A DNA stretch of 63,732 bases, filler included, from Octopus bimaculoides (GCF_001194135.2; 8 parts of 7 records of this genome joined end to end with filler, not necessarily neighbours in it), one strand, 5' to 3'; shown: positions 1 to 11,074, counted from the whole stretch's first letter. The notes: generated by a model from the letters alone, not told the origin. Numbers and translations: made by a program.

Positions 1-58
1 TGCCAACCAAAGCCTTGTGGGTGGATTTGGTAGACGGAAACTGAAAGAAGCCCGTCAT
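1..58 (+). mobile_element. SINE family A fragment
   Basis: ccaaagccttgtgggtggatttggtagacggaaactgaaagaagcccgtc matches the middle of the family A copies. Confidence 0.8.
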
Positions 59-186
59 ATATATGTATATATATATACATATATATACCGGAGTAAGCAT
101 ATAAATGTGCAACAAGGTGGAAAAAATAGTACTCGAAAACCAGAGATAGAGTAATATGCTTTATTAAAAAGCAGCAGAAATATCAC

Positions 187-232
187 AAAAACTGTTACTC
201 AGTTTCACGTTCCTGTTCGTCGGACAGTTTTG
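187..232 (-). ncRNA. Minimal type-I hammerhead ribozyme-like motif
   Basis: Minus strand reads aaaactgt-CCGACGA-ac(aggaac)gt-GAAA-c(tga)g-TA-acagtttt: 8-bp stem I, CUGANGA core with a U4C change, tiny stems II and III, GUA cleavage triplet. Confidence 0.45.
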
Positions 233-255
233 ATTAGAATGTTTAGAATTCTAAA

Positions 256-299
256 CAAAACTGTCCGACAAACGGGAACGGGAAACTCTGAGTAACAGT
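256..299 (+). ncRNA. Degenerate hammerhead-like motif (mirror copy)
   Basis: aaaactgt-CCGACAA-acgggaacgg-GAAA-ctc(t)gag-TA-acagt; core G8 mutated, so probably inactive. Confidence 0.35.
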
Positions 300-334
300 A
301 TTTTCTGATATTTCTATTGCTTAAAGTATATACA

Positions 335-732
335 TACTCTTTTACTCTTTTACTTGTTTCAGTCATTTGACTGCGGCCATGCTGGAGCACTGCCTTCAGT
401 CGAAGAAATCAACCCCAGGACTTGTTCTTTGTAAGCCTAGTACTTATTCCATCGGTCTCTTTTGCCGAACCATTAAGTTACAGGTACGTAAACACACCAG
501 CATCAGTTGTCAAGCGATGTTGGGGGACAAACTCACACACACATACATACATTTATATATACATATATACAACAGGCTTCTTTCAGTTTCCATCTACCAA
601 ATCCACCCACAAGGCTTTGGTCGGCCCGAGGCTATAGTAGAAGACACTTGCCCAAGGTGCCATGCAGTGGGACTGAACCAGGAACCATGTGGTTGGTAAG
701 CAAGCTACTTACCACACAGCCACTCCTGTGCC
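335..732 (-). mobile_element. tRNA-derived SINE family A (about 400 bp, octopus type), full length
   Basis: Minus strand has A-box-like tggctgtgtggtaag and B-box-like ggttcagtccc, an internal (TA/CA)n tract, and a 3' tail ...gcagtcaaatgactgaaacaagtaaaagagtaaaagagta; repeated many times in the window. Confidence 0.9.
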
Positions 733-1214
733 TACTGGTGAAATTGGACTACATCTAAAATTCACTGAAATTGTTGGCGTTTACATATACTTAACAAAAT
801 ATCAATAAGGGAAGGAAGGAAGGAAGGAAAAGAGAAAGAAAGAAAATGAAAAGAAACCATTTTACGCTTCTCACGTTGCAAAAGGATTGACATGGGGAAA
901 GCTATAATGAGTTTTTCAACCGTGACAATTACATTTTTTCTTTTTTTTAACTATGGGTAGAGACCTGGTTTCTAAGATAAGCATCTTTCTTTTCTTTTTA
1001 TAGATAGTAAGCTTTGATTTTGAAAGATTTTAGTTGTTATTTTTAGAAGGTCGAATGATTATACAGGTGGAGACTTCCAAGCTTTTCCCATAACACCTGG
1101 TTAGCTCGAAATTTGTTCATCCAAGCTTCTCTCGTTACACCTGGTTAGCTCGAAATTTGTTCATATATATATATATATATGGGAAGCTAATCGTAAAGTC
1201 TACCTGCTATATAT

Positions 1215-1405
1215 CTTTTATCTTTTACTTGTTTCAGTCATTTGACTACGGCCACGCTGGGGCACCGCCTTGAGAGGTTTTAGTCGAACAAATCGACCCC
1301 AGACATTTTTTAAAGCCCAGTACTTATTCAATCGGTTATTTTTTTTACCGGACCGCTAAGTTACGAGGAAGCGGTGGCGGGGTACAAACACAGACACAAA
1401 AAGAC
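1215..1405 (-). mobile_element. SINE family A, 3' half
   Basis: ttttacttgtttcagtcatttgactacggcc...aatcgacccc matches 335-530. Confidence 0.8.
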
Positions 1406-1463
1406 ACTCACATATATAAGCCTATATATATATATATATATATCAGTATAGTGTATGTACATG

Positions 1464-1513
<50 letters not shown>

Positions 1514-1989
1514 ACCACACACAAATATACATGTACATAATGTAGGCGGAGGTGCCTATATTATGTGTGTATGTGTATATATATGTGTGTGTGAGTACGT
1601 GTATGATATATATATATATATATATATGACAATGGAAGTTGCTCTGATGAGTGGATATAAAATAAAAGATGTTTTCGTCAATAACCATAACATTTTGGGA
1701 GTTATCATAAAAGTAAAAATACATATATTAATTTAAAATACAAATTTAATTACATTATCAAAATATAGTGTTTGCAATTAAAATAATCTTGGTCGTTGTT
1801 TAGAGAAACATGTCTTTTAACAGTTACATACGAAAAAGCATTTTTAATATCATCGGAAACAAGAGCGCTTAAAAAGCACCAGCAATTGTTCCTGTTCCTG
1901 GGAGAACAAAACTTTTGGGTGCGAAGCATTTTAAATACTTTTCTGTGAATAAAAAAAATCATAAGAATTACAATCACTTTATTTTAGTA

Positions 1990-2190
1990 ATATAATCTAA
2001 ATTTGTATTATAATTTGAACGCTTTTCTTGTGACTAAAAGGTTTCAGAGCGTTTTTTTCTTTCAGACAGAGCATCTAGGATTATATTATAATTTGTATTA
2101 TACTTGTTTGATTTATTTAAATGTTCAATGCTTTTCTATCACTAAAAGGTTTCAGACCGTATTTTTTTTTTCAGACAGTGCATCTAGAAT
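1990..2190. repeat. Local tandem duplication of about 100 bp
   Basis: actaaaaggtttcaga..cgt..ttttt..ttcagacag..gcatctag..attatattat occurs twice (about 2033-2088 and 2140-2196). Confidence 0.6.
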
Positions 2191-2749
2191 TATATTATCT
2201 TATGCATTCGTGGGCCACTTTAAGACAATAGTGATCAAATTGCGGGAGATTTAGCTGTTATTTTTAGCAGTTCGAGTGATCACGCAGAAATCCCTAATGC
2301 TGAAGCCGTTACGTGTTTAATTAACTTGCTAGTAATATCAAATTTCCCTCAAATCACACCTTAACATCTTAAATAAGTGGTGGGGGAGCATCTATCACAT
2401 AATGTAACCGTACAGACCCCTAAAAATCCGAGAGCAGGGTTCATCTGTAGGGAAAGCAACAGCTTAAGGTAACAGCTCAAAGTTTACGTAGGGTACGTTG
2501 AGAAAAAAGGGTTGTAGGTCGTGTATGCATGCGTGTGCGTGTATATGTATGTTTGCGAATATGGTGTCCATGTCTGTTATAGATGTTGGTGTGTGTATGA
2601 ACGTGTGTTTGCGTGTGTGCATGTTTGTGTATTGTGCATGGTGGGGGTATGTATGTATGTAGTTTGTGTATGCGTTTAGAAAACAAAGTAGCCCTTGCAA
2701 CTCACCTTTAGTAAAAACTTTAACTAAACTACAATAGCAGCAACAGCAG

Positions 2750-3420
2750 AAGTAGTAGTAGTAGTAGTAGTAGTAACGAAATCGTCCAGTTGTATGTTAT
2801 TGATTTTTGTTATTTTTTCTTAGTCGTTGTCGTATCTTTAGAGTGGCGGTGTCGGTAGTAGCAGTGGTGGTGGTGGTGGTGACGGTTTTGGTGTTATGAA
2901 GGCGACGGTGGTGTTAGCGTGGTTGACAGTGGAGGGTTGGGGTCATGAGTGGAGGGAATGCCGTTATGAGGCGGTGGCGGACGTAGTGGAGGTGGTGGAG
3001 GAATTTGTTGGTGGGGTTATAAGGGCGGTGGAGCAGAGATTGCGGGGTTAAAGGATGTTGTGCGTATGATGGTGGTGGTGGTGAAACGTGGTGCTGATGG
3101 TGATAGGAGTGTGATAGTGGGCGTGTAAGGAAAGGTGGCTTGTGTGGTTGTCATCGAGATGATGGTGGTTGTGGTAGAAAGAGAGAGAGAGGGAGAGTGA
3201 CAAGTAGAGGAAGTAAGAATGGTTATAGTGGTGGTGGTGGTATTGACTAGCAATTGTGACGGTGATAATAATGTTGATGGTGGTGTCGGCTGTACCTTGT
3301 TGTGGTGGCCCTTACTGTCGTCGCTGAGACTCTTGCGGTTGTGATGTTACTACTACTACTACTACTACCACCACTGCTACTACAAATACCACCTCCACTA
3401 CTACAGCTATTACTACCACG
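2750..3420. repeat. Degenerate (GGT/GTA/CTA)n low-complexity tract
   Basis: Direct inspection; produces spurious Thr/Val-rich ORFs. Confidence 0.75.
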
Positions 3421-3849
3421 GCTACCAGGTTAACTTTGATCAAGGAGACCTACAAACAGAAGACATTCTGACACCCTCCTGTATTTTCATGTTTTTTTTG
3501 TTTTAGATACTAAGACCACACTTTTCTGTGTCTTCCTTCCTTTTTTTTCTTCTTTTTTTCTTAGAGATTAAAAGGAAATTTGACTGCTATTTCTATCGGT
3601 TAGTCGAACAACCACGTAGCGACAGTACGACATTTATGTTGTCGTATGTATGTTTTACATATTTACTATCATGGATCACGTGATCAATTTTTTTTTTCTT
3701 TTTGTTGACCTCACCTGTAGTTCGATGTATTGAACAATAATTATTCAGGTGAATGAAAGTTCACCTGAATAACTTCGGACAATTCCGGTATCGCTCGGAT
3801 AAATATTTTCCTAGTCGACTTCATTGGGAAGACACCTTTCATCTATTTG

Positions 3850-4030
3850 TTTCAATTATTGGGCTGCGGCAACGCTGGGACACTTCCTTGTAGGGTTTTT
3901 GTCGAACAAATCAACCTTATTGCTTAATATTTGTCTTTTACTTATTCTATCGGTCTGTTTCGCCGAACTAAGTTACGAGAACGTAAATCAACAGCGGTTG
4001 TCCAGTGGTGGGTGGTGGGGACAAACACGT
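3850..4030 (-). mobile_element. SINE family A, diverged 3' half
   Basis: gtcgaacaaatc...tacttattctatcggtc...cgaactaagttacg matches family A. Confidence 0.7.
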
Positions 4031-4037
4031 GCTCGCG

Positions 4038-4110
<73 letters not shown>

Positions 4111-4111
<1 letters not shown>

Positions 4112-4395
4112 ACCGGCACTCCGTCGGGTACGACGACGAATGTTCAAGTTGATCCGATCAACGGAACAACACTCTACAGACACGCGCACCCTTAACGTAG
4201 TTCTCAGGGAGATTCAGTGTGACACAGAATGTGACAAGGCTAGCCCTTTGAATTACAGGTATAACTCATTTTTACCAGCTGAGTGGACTAGAGCCACGTG
4301 CAATAAAGTGTCTTGCTCAAAAACACAACACGCTGCCAAGAATCGAACTCACGACCTTACAATCGTGGGTCGAATATCTTAACCGCTAAGCCAAT
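4111..4395 (-). mobile_element. tRNA-derived SINE sharing its 3' tail with family C
   Basis: Tail ggcactccgtc...gttgatccgatcaacggaaca is the reverse complement of 7075-7130; head (gagttcgattcttggcagc, B-box-like) and centre differ from 6749-6950. Confidence 0.75.
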
Positions 4396-4419
4396 CACCT
4401 TCACATAACGTTTATATTT

Positions 4420-4580
4420 GACAGGCTTCCACCCAGTTTCCATCTACCAAATTTTCTTACAGAGCATTGGTTGGTCAGAAGCTATAGTAGAAGATACTTA
4501 CCCAAGGTGCTGTGCTGTGGAACTGAACCCAAAACTTCGTGGCTGCAAAGCGAGCGTCTTAAATATGCAGCCATGCCTGA
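4420..4580 (-). mobile_element. SINE family A, 5' half (diverged)
   Basis: cagtttccatctaccaaat...ctatagtagaagatactt...gaactgaaccc. Confidence 0.7.
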
Positions 4581-4794
4581 ATAAATATTTTCCATAATTT
4601 AAAAAAATTGTTTCTAATATAAGCACAAGGCTAAAAACTTTGAATCAGTGGGCGGTTTCCTTGGTGGATAAAATAGAAAGTTTGGCGGAATTTGAACTCA
4701 AATCGTGAAGAGCTGGCATAAATGCTTAAACGATTCTGCCAATCCACAGTTCTAACCAGAATCATTGAAATGGCAACCGATGAAGATGAGATCA

Positions 4795-5480
4795 ACAAAT
4801 GCAGTTGGTTTTTGTCACAAGTGCAACTGGCTTTTACCACAAATGCTGCTGGCCTCTACCACAAAAGCATTTGGTTTCTACCACAAGTGCAGTTGACTTC
4901 TACAAGTGTAGCTAGGTTCTACCACAAATGCATCTGGCTTCAACCGTAAATGCAACTGGCTTCTACCACAAACGCAATTGGCTTCTACAATAAATACAGC
5001 CGGTTTCTACTACAAATGCAATTGGCTTCTACGACTAGTGCAGTTAATTTTTACTGCCTATGCATCTTGGTTCTACCACAAATGCAGCTGAATTCTACCA
5101 CAAATGTAATTGGCTTCTACTATAAATGCAGCTGGCTTCTACCACAAATTGGTTTCTATCACAAGTGCAGCCACTTACTACGGCAAATGCGACTGGCTTC
5201 TACTGCAAATTTGCTAGCTTCTACCACAAATGTATCTGCCTTCGATCACGGATGTAGTTGGTTTCTACCATAAACGCAGCTGGCTTCTACTGCAAATACA
5301 ATTGGTTTCTACTGTAAATGTAACTGATTTCTACCACAAATGTAACTACCTTCTACCACAAATACAGCTAGCTTCTGCCACAAATGCAATTTGGTTTATA
5401 TCACAAGTACAGCTACTTTCAAGCACACATACGATTGACATTTCCCACAACAGCAGCTAACTTCTTTGAAAATGCAACTG
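4795..5480 (+). repeat. 22-bp minisatellite, about 29 diverged units
   Basis: Consensus ctggcttctaccacaaatgcag, e.g. ctggcttctaccacaaacgcaa|ttggcttctacaataaatacag|ccggtttctactacaaatgcaa. Confidence 0.9.
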
Positions 5481-5601
5481 GTTTCTTCATCCTACATGAG
5501 TCTGAAAGTCACCGTAATTTTAAAAACGATGTACAAGCATATTTAGAAATAATACATTTCTAAATTTCTCAGAGAGATTTATGCAGTAGTGATACGATGA
5601 A

Positions 5602-5731
5602 GTAGTTGTATACTGTCAGCTTAATGTGACAGTCCCCTGTCAGCTTCCTAGGTGCAGCTTATAAGGTCTAATCAACAGTAGTATTATTCCCTTCAGGGGA
5701 CTGTCACATTAAGTTGACAGCATACAACTAC
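5602..5731. mobile_element. 130-bp MITE-like element with 38-bp terminal inverted repeats
   Basis: gtagttgtatactgtcagcttaatgtgacagtcccctg (5602-5639) versus the reverse complement of 5694-5731, 2 mismatches. Confidence 0.7.
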
Positions 5732-5998
5732 GATGTACAAGCAGTCTAAGTATGCAACTATAAAACAGAGATGCATAACATTTATATTGTACACTGCATG
5801 TTTTACGTTTTCCCTGCATCATGTGATGGTTTAACTTGAAGGTCACAAATAGAAGAGTAGGCAGGTTCTAAAGTTAGTGGGGAGCGAGCACATAAAAAAA
5901 AACAAGGTGCTGTGACACATACCAAACAATCTTTAATTAATTTCCTTTATATTACACGAAATATTTCATTAGTTATAATATACGTAATGGTATTCTAC

Positions 5999-6465
5999 AT
6001 ACTCTTTTACTTTTTTTTATTTGTTTCAGTCATTTGACTGCGGCCATGCTGGAGCACCGCCTTTAGTCGAACAAATCGACCCCCAGGACTTATTCTTTGT
6101 TAGCCTAGTACTTATTCTATCGGTCCCTTTTGCCGAACTGCTAATTTACGAGGACGTAAACACACCAGCATCGGTTGTCAAGCGATGGTAGGGGGACAAA
6201 TACAAACACACACATACATACATACATACATATATATACGACGAGCTTCTTTCCGTTTCCTATTTCTTTACTGCCCACAAGGGGCTACACACAGAGGGGA
6301 CAAACAAGGTCAAAGCTTCTTTCCGTTTCCGTCTACCAAATCCACTCACAAGGCTTTGGTCGGCCCGAAGCTATAGTAGAAGACACATGCCCAAGGTGCC
6401 ACGCAGTGGTACTGAACCCGGAACCATGTGGTTGGTGAGCAAGCTACTTACCACGCACCCACTCG
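5999..6465 (-). mobile_element. SINE family A, full length, carrying a 53-bp nested insertion
   Basis: Colinear with 335-732 apart from the insert at 6261-6313. Confidence 0.9.
6261..6313 (-). mobile_element. Extremely 5'-truncated retroposon 3' end with a 17-bp target-site duplication
   Basis: agcttctttccgtttcc at both 6244-6260 and 6314-6330; the insert resembles tails at about 27895-27950, 49215-49265, 16780-16815 and 30500-30540. Confidence 0.8.
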
Positions 6466-6748
6466 TTTCAGTAACAATATCATTACGTATGAATCTTACA
6501 ACTACTGACAATAGGTAACTTGAGCGTTAAAACAAATTTGAAAACTGATCAGTAGGGAACCGTCGCTCCCCTGTTAGCTACGTCACTAGTCAAATGATCA
6601 GTACTTTTGTTTCATCATGGCTGACAGTCCGATGAGGAGACAACTTGATACTTTACTAAAATGATATAGAATCCTCGGATGACCAAGACTTTCATGACAG
6701 ACTGTTGTAAGTTATGGAGGGTGTTGGCTTGGTGATTGTGGATGGTGA

Positions 6749-7130
6749 GTGGAGGCGCAATGGCCCAGTGGTTAGGGCAGCGGACTCGCGGTCGTAGGAT
6801 CGCGGTTTCGATTCCCAGACCGGGTGTTATGAGTGTTTATTGAACGAAAACACCTAAAACTCCACGAGGCTCTAGCAGGGAATGGTGGCGAACCCTGTTG
6901 TGCTTTTTCACCACAACTTTCTCTCACTCTTACTTCCTGTTTCTGTTATACCTGTAATTCAAAGGGTCAGCCTTGTCACACCGTATCACGCTGAATATCC
7001 CCGAGAACTACGTTAAGGGTGCACGTGTCTGTGGAGTGCTCAGCCACTTGCACGTTAATTTCACGAGCAGGCTGTTCCGTTGATCGGATCAACTGGAACC
7101 CTCGACGTCGTAAGCGACGGAGTGCCAACA
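6749..7130 (+). mobile_element. tRNA-derived SINE family C, full length with a 12-bp TSD
   Basis: A box tggcccagtggtt, B box ggtttcgattcc; tgtggatggtga at 6737-6748 and 7131-7142; second copy at 30054. Confidence 0.9.
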
Positions 7131-7504
7131 TGTGGATGGTGATGACAATAGTGATGTTATTAGTGGTGGTGGTGAAAACGATTAGGTGGCGCTAGTTGGG
7201 ATTGGTTTGGTCCTGCAGTAAACCTCATGGAGGTGGGGTAGTAGTCAATATAAAGGAGGGCATTTAGCGATTTGTTGACGGTGGAGGGGTGTATGCACGG
7301 AGAGTGTAACAGTGAAATTGGTTGTAATGGTGTTGGTGGAGGCGGCGGCAGTGATAGCAGTGTTGGTGGTGGTGGTGGTGGTGGTTGTACTAATGATGAG
7401 TTGGTGGTATATTGAACGTGGTGGTTATTTTGATGGAGTACGTTTATTTTTGTTTTCTTTTTTGCTTCAGGACAATGTGATCGAACAAACCCAGAATGAA
7501 AGGG

Positions 7505-7745
7505 GATCTCTTCTGTTTGGCTGCCACTTTTCAATTTATTCAATTTTTGTTCCAAACGATTTTATATTTAGCGTATTGGTGTAGTTTTGTAAAGCAATCA
7601 TTGACAGGAAATTCATTTTCACCGTAAATCAATAAATAAAAAGTTAATAGCTTTTAAAGTTTGCAAATTTTGAGTAAATTTAATCAATCGAAAGCCACGT
7701 GCATATAGGTGCCTGTTTCCATAGTAATCAGTCAAGCTGTTACCA
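7505..7745. repeat. Interspersed repeat, unclassified (second copy at 19518-19745)
   Basis: ctcttctgtttggctgcca...aagttaatagcttttaaagtttg...gtcaagctgttacca shared between the two loci. Confidence 0.7.
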
Positions 7746-8223
7746 AGCTGCTTACCCACGCAGTCATTTTCGCTTATTATTTTGAGTAAAAAATTATCAA
7801 ACGTTAAACCTCTAACTTTTTTTTTAATTTAATTTTCTAGGAAAATAAAATATCTCCTGAGATTCAGCTTAGAAAATTACATCAATACACCAAATTTTAA
7901 AATTTTGACCAAACTAAAATTTCCACAGGTGCAGCCAAACAAAAAAGATTTATGAAATCCAACCACGACTATCCCACCTTCGAGAGGAAGGGATGGATTC
8001 TAGGACTACATATCTTAATGCGTATCCTTTAACATGGAGTGTGATTTGAGGAAGATTTGGCTGTCACTTTTAGCAAGTCGAGCGACCAGGCCAGTGTCTC
8101 CTGATAGCCAAGATAATTGTAGAGGACGTCGAAAATGTAGCGGTGGTTGTGTTAGTGGTAGTGTTGGTTGTTGTAGTTCTTGAGGTAGCAGTAGCGAACA
8201 AGAATTTGGAGAATGGGACAGCG

Positions 8224-8254
<31 letters not shown>

Positions 8255-8396
8255 TAGTAGACAAAGAACAGGCGTGGTGCAGAATAGAAACAAGGTCTGT
8301 ATGTAGGTCCAGTGGGTGGAGGTATAGAAGCAGGGCGGAAAAAGAGATATATATAGAGAGAGGATGAAAGACAAGAAAAAAATGAGAGACAGAAAG

Positions 8397-8431
<35 letters not shown>

Positions 8432-8984
8432 GGAGAAAAAGTAATATAGTATAAGAGAAAGACACAGAGAGAGAAAGTGAGCGTGAGAAAAAAGCTCATT
8501 TTGTGACAGGTCAATGGTCAAGCACTGTGATGTGACAAGCCAGGTAGAAGGAAAATAAAGGTATGTATACATAGACGCCAGTGTGTGTGTGTACATATAT
8601 ACCAGTACTTTTAGATGAATATGTGTTTATATATATATATACACACATATATATGTGTGTGTGTGTGTATGTGTGTGTGTGTATATGTTTGTGTGTGTGT
8701 GTGTGTGTGTGTGCGTGGTTACATAGAGAAGGAAGATAGTGGGACACTACATCCATTGACAGATAAAACACGTAAAGACTGTGCAGGTTATGTACGTGTG
8801 TTTATGTATGAATGTATGTATGTATGTATGCATACATGTATGGCAGTAATTATGCAAACATTCACACGTACATATATGTGTGTGTGTGGATGTGTGTGCT
8901 CCAGCATGACCGCAGTCACATGACTGAAAGAAAGAATAAAAGAATATACATATATATTTATATATATGTAAATATGTGTGTGTC

Positions 8985-9034
<50 letters not shown>

Positions 9035-9249
9035 NNNNNNNNNNNNNNNNNNNNNNNNNNNNNNNNNNNNNNNNNNNNNNNNNNNNNNNNNNNNNNNNNN
9101 NNNNNNNNNNNNNNNNNNNNNNNNNNNNNNNNNNNNNNNNNNNNNNNNNNNNNNNNNNNNNNNNNNNNNNNNNNNNNNNNNNNNNNNNNNNNNNNNNNNN
9201 NNNNNNNNNNNNNNNNNNNNNNNNNNNNNNNNNNNNNNNNNNNNNNNNN

Positions 9250-9304
<55 letters not shown>

Positions 9305-9348
9305 GTATGCATGTATGCATATGTACGTATGTTTGTGTGTGCGTGTGT

Positions 9349-9410
<62 letters not shown>

Positions 9411-9412
<2 letters not shown>

Positions 9413-9775
9413 GCGCAGGTGTGGTAAGAAGCTTGCTTCCCAACCACACGGTTCTGGGTTCAGTCCCACTGCTTAACACTTTGGGCAAGTGTCTTCTACT
9501 ATAACCTCGGGCCGACCAAAGAATGGTGAGTGGATTTGGTAGATGGGAGCTAAAAGAAGCCCGTTGTGTGTGTGTGTGTGTGTGTTTGTCTCCTCATTAG
9601 CGCTAGAAAACCGATGTTGGTGTATATACGGTCCTGTAACTTAGCGATTCAGCATAAAAGTCCAATAGAAGAAATACCAGGCTTAAAAAAAAAAAACAAG
9701 TCGATTTGTTCAACGAAAAGGTGGAGCTCCAGCATGGCCACAGTCACATGACTGAAACAAGTAAAAGAATATAAA
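9411..9775 (+). mobile_element. SINE family A (diverged)
   Basis: ggcgcaggtgtggtaagaagcttgcttcccaaccac...gctccagcatggccacagtcacatgactgaaacaagtaaaaga. Confidence 0.85.
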
Positions 9776-9936
9776 GAAATATAAGAAATTAAAGAAGGAA
9801 AAATGCACACACTTTACATAATTTTAAAATAATTTTTAATATATCGACCGGTTTCACTTTCGCTATTCATGACATTAAGATTTAATTCTTTAAATACGTA
9901 TTTTCTTAAGAAGGAATTTTTTGGTCCATGTATATA

Positions 9937-10186
9937 TATTGGGTCATCCCATAAATAATGCAGGTTTTTCTATACTTCTTTTATTTTTCCAAATTATGAT
10001 AAACAAATTTCTTTTTTAATCTAAAATATACTCTGCTTCACTTTCTACAATGCTCTTCCATCTATCGGGTAGACTTGCAAGGCTCCTCTTCCAAAATTCG
10101 CTTGTCCGTGACGAAAATTACTCCTCCATTACTGTTCTGACCTCGTCTACAGAAATCATATTTTTTCCGTCCGAATGATTTTTGAT
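9937..10186 (-). mobile_element. mariner transposon 3' end (transposase C-terminus plus TIR)
   Basis: Minus frame QNHSDGKNMISVDEVRTVMEE*FSSRTSEFWKRSLASLPDRWKSIVESEAEYILD*, a typical mariner C-terminus; TIR-like tattgggtcatcccataaataatgc at 9937. Confidence 0.8.
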
Positions 10187-10429
10187 GTTGCACGCGCACA
10201 CACATGCGCATTCATTTATATGTATATATGTATATTCGCATGCATACCAGTATGTGCGGACACATGCATGCGCGCGCGCATGGGTGAATATACACGCGCA
10301 TAACAAACGTTGGGGATTGGTATGCATTAGGGGTTAGTAAGCGTTGGGGGTTGGTAATTGACGATCCTGCTCATGGGGTTAGTTGGTGGTGGTGATTTTG
10401 GTGCAGAGTAGCAGTTATTACTAAGGTGG

Positions 10430-11000
10430 TATATCCGGGTTGTCGACAGTTAGAGGCCTGAAATTTGCAAGAAGGCCATACCTCTGGTGATAGCGATGCG
10501 ATAAATCGTATTTTTTGTTGATGGACACTGCGGGTTTTTGGAGGACATGCAGTTTTTCACTGAGGCAGAGCTGGCAGTTGGGGGCGTGGGGTGAATATGG
10601 TGGTGCTCAGTCGACAGTAGTCCACTTGATACTGGATGTACCATCCCGGAGATCACGGAGTCTCCAGAGAAAACGAGACAGGAAAGAAGAGTTCTCTTTG
10701 TCCCTGGATCTGAACGAGTGCATATGCTGGGAGTATCTTCCCTGGAAGTCATTAGCTGTCATACCCGTATAGTACCTAGTAATGTTATCGGTTGGTGTAA
10801 GGGTGGACCTGTATACTACGGATCCTGAGAGGCAGGATCCCTTTAGAGGGCACATGGTGGAGTTCCGATGGCTGCAGGTTGGTGTTAGGAATGGTGCATT
10901 TTTACGTCTGTTAATGCATGTGATGTTAGATGCTATATTGTGGAAGAAGCTCCTTTTAACGCATCGCACGGTCGCCACAAAACATGTAATATAACATATG
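10430..11000 (-). mobile_element. Penelope-like element, GIY-YIG endonuclease region (one premature stop)
   Basis: CSHRNSTMCPLKGSCLSGSVVYRSTLT..RYYTGMTANDFQGRYSQHMHSFR..LSRFLWRLR..IKWTTVD*APPYSPHAPNCQLCLSEKLHVL..LLANF: CxC...CPLxGxC, VVY, YxG, RxxxH and CxLCLxEK motifs of PLE C-termini. Confidence 0.85.
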
Positions 11001-11074
11001 AAAGGGCTCGGTATGAGAGATGCTACGAGCAAGTGCCAGTAAAGGTAAGAGAGAGGGACAGACAACCGTTATAT

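Larger units (their letters stand above)
88..330. mobile_element. Penelope-type pseudo-LTR remnant forming an inverted repeat of about 70-bp arms
   Basis: 163-232 is the near reverse complement of 256-327; each arm carries a hammerhead-like core; 241-256 (gtttagaattctaaac) is itself a perfect palindrome. Confidence 0.55.

Noticed and set aside
367-758. Repeated ORFs such as ..HKALVGPEAIVEDTCPRCHAVGLN.. seen across the window
   Set aside because: Chance translations of SINE family A, not a gene family
4795-5480. CRISPR-like periodicity
   Set aside because: Contiguous diverged 22-bp units with no unique spacers and no cas genes, in a eukaryotic context
6749-6830. Possible tRNA gene (A and B boxes)
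   Set aside because: Continues into a 380-bp repeat with a TSD and has a second copy; it is a SINE head
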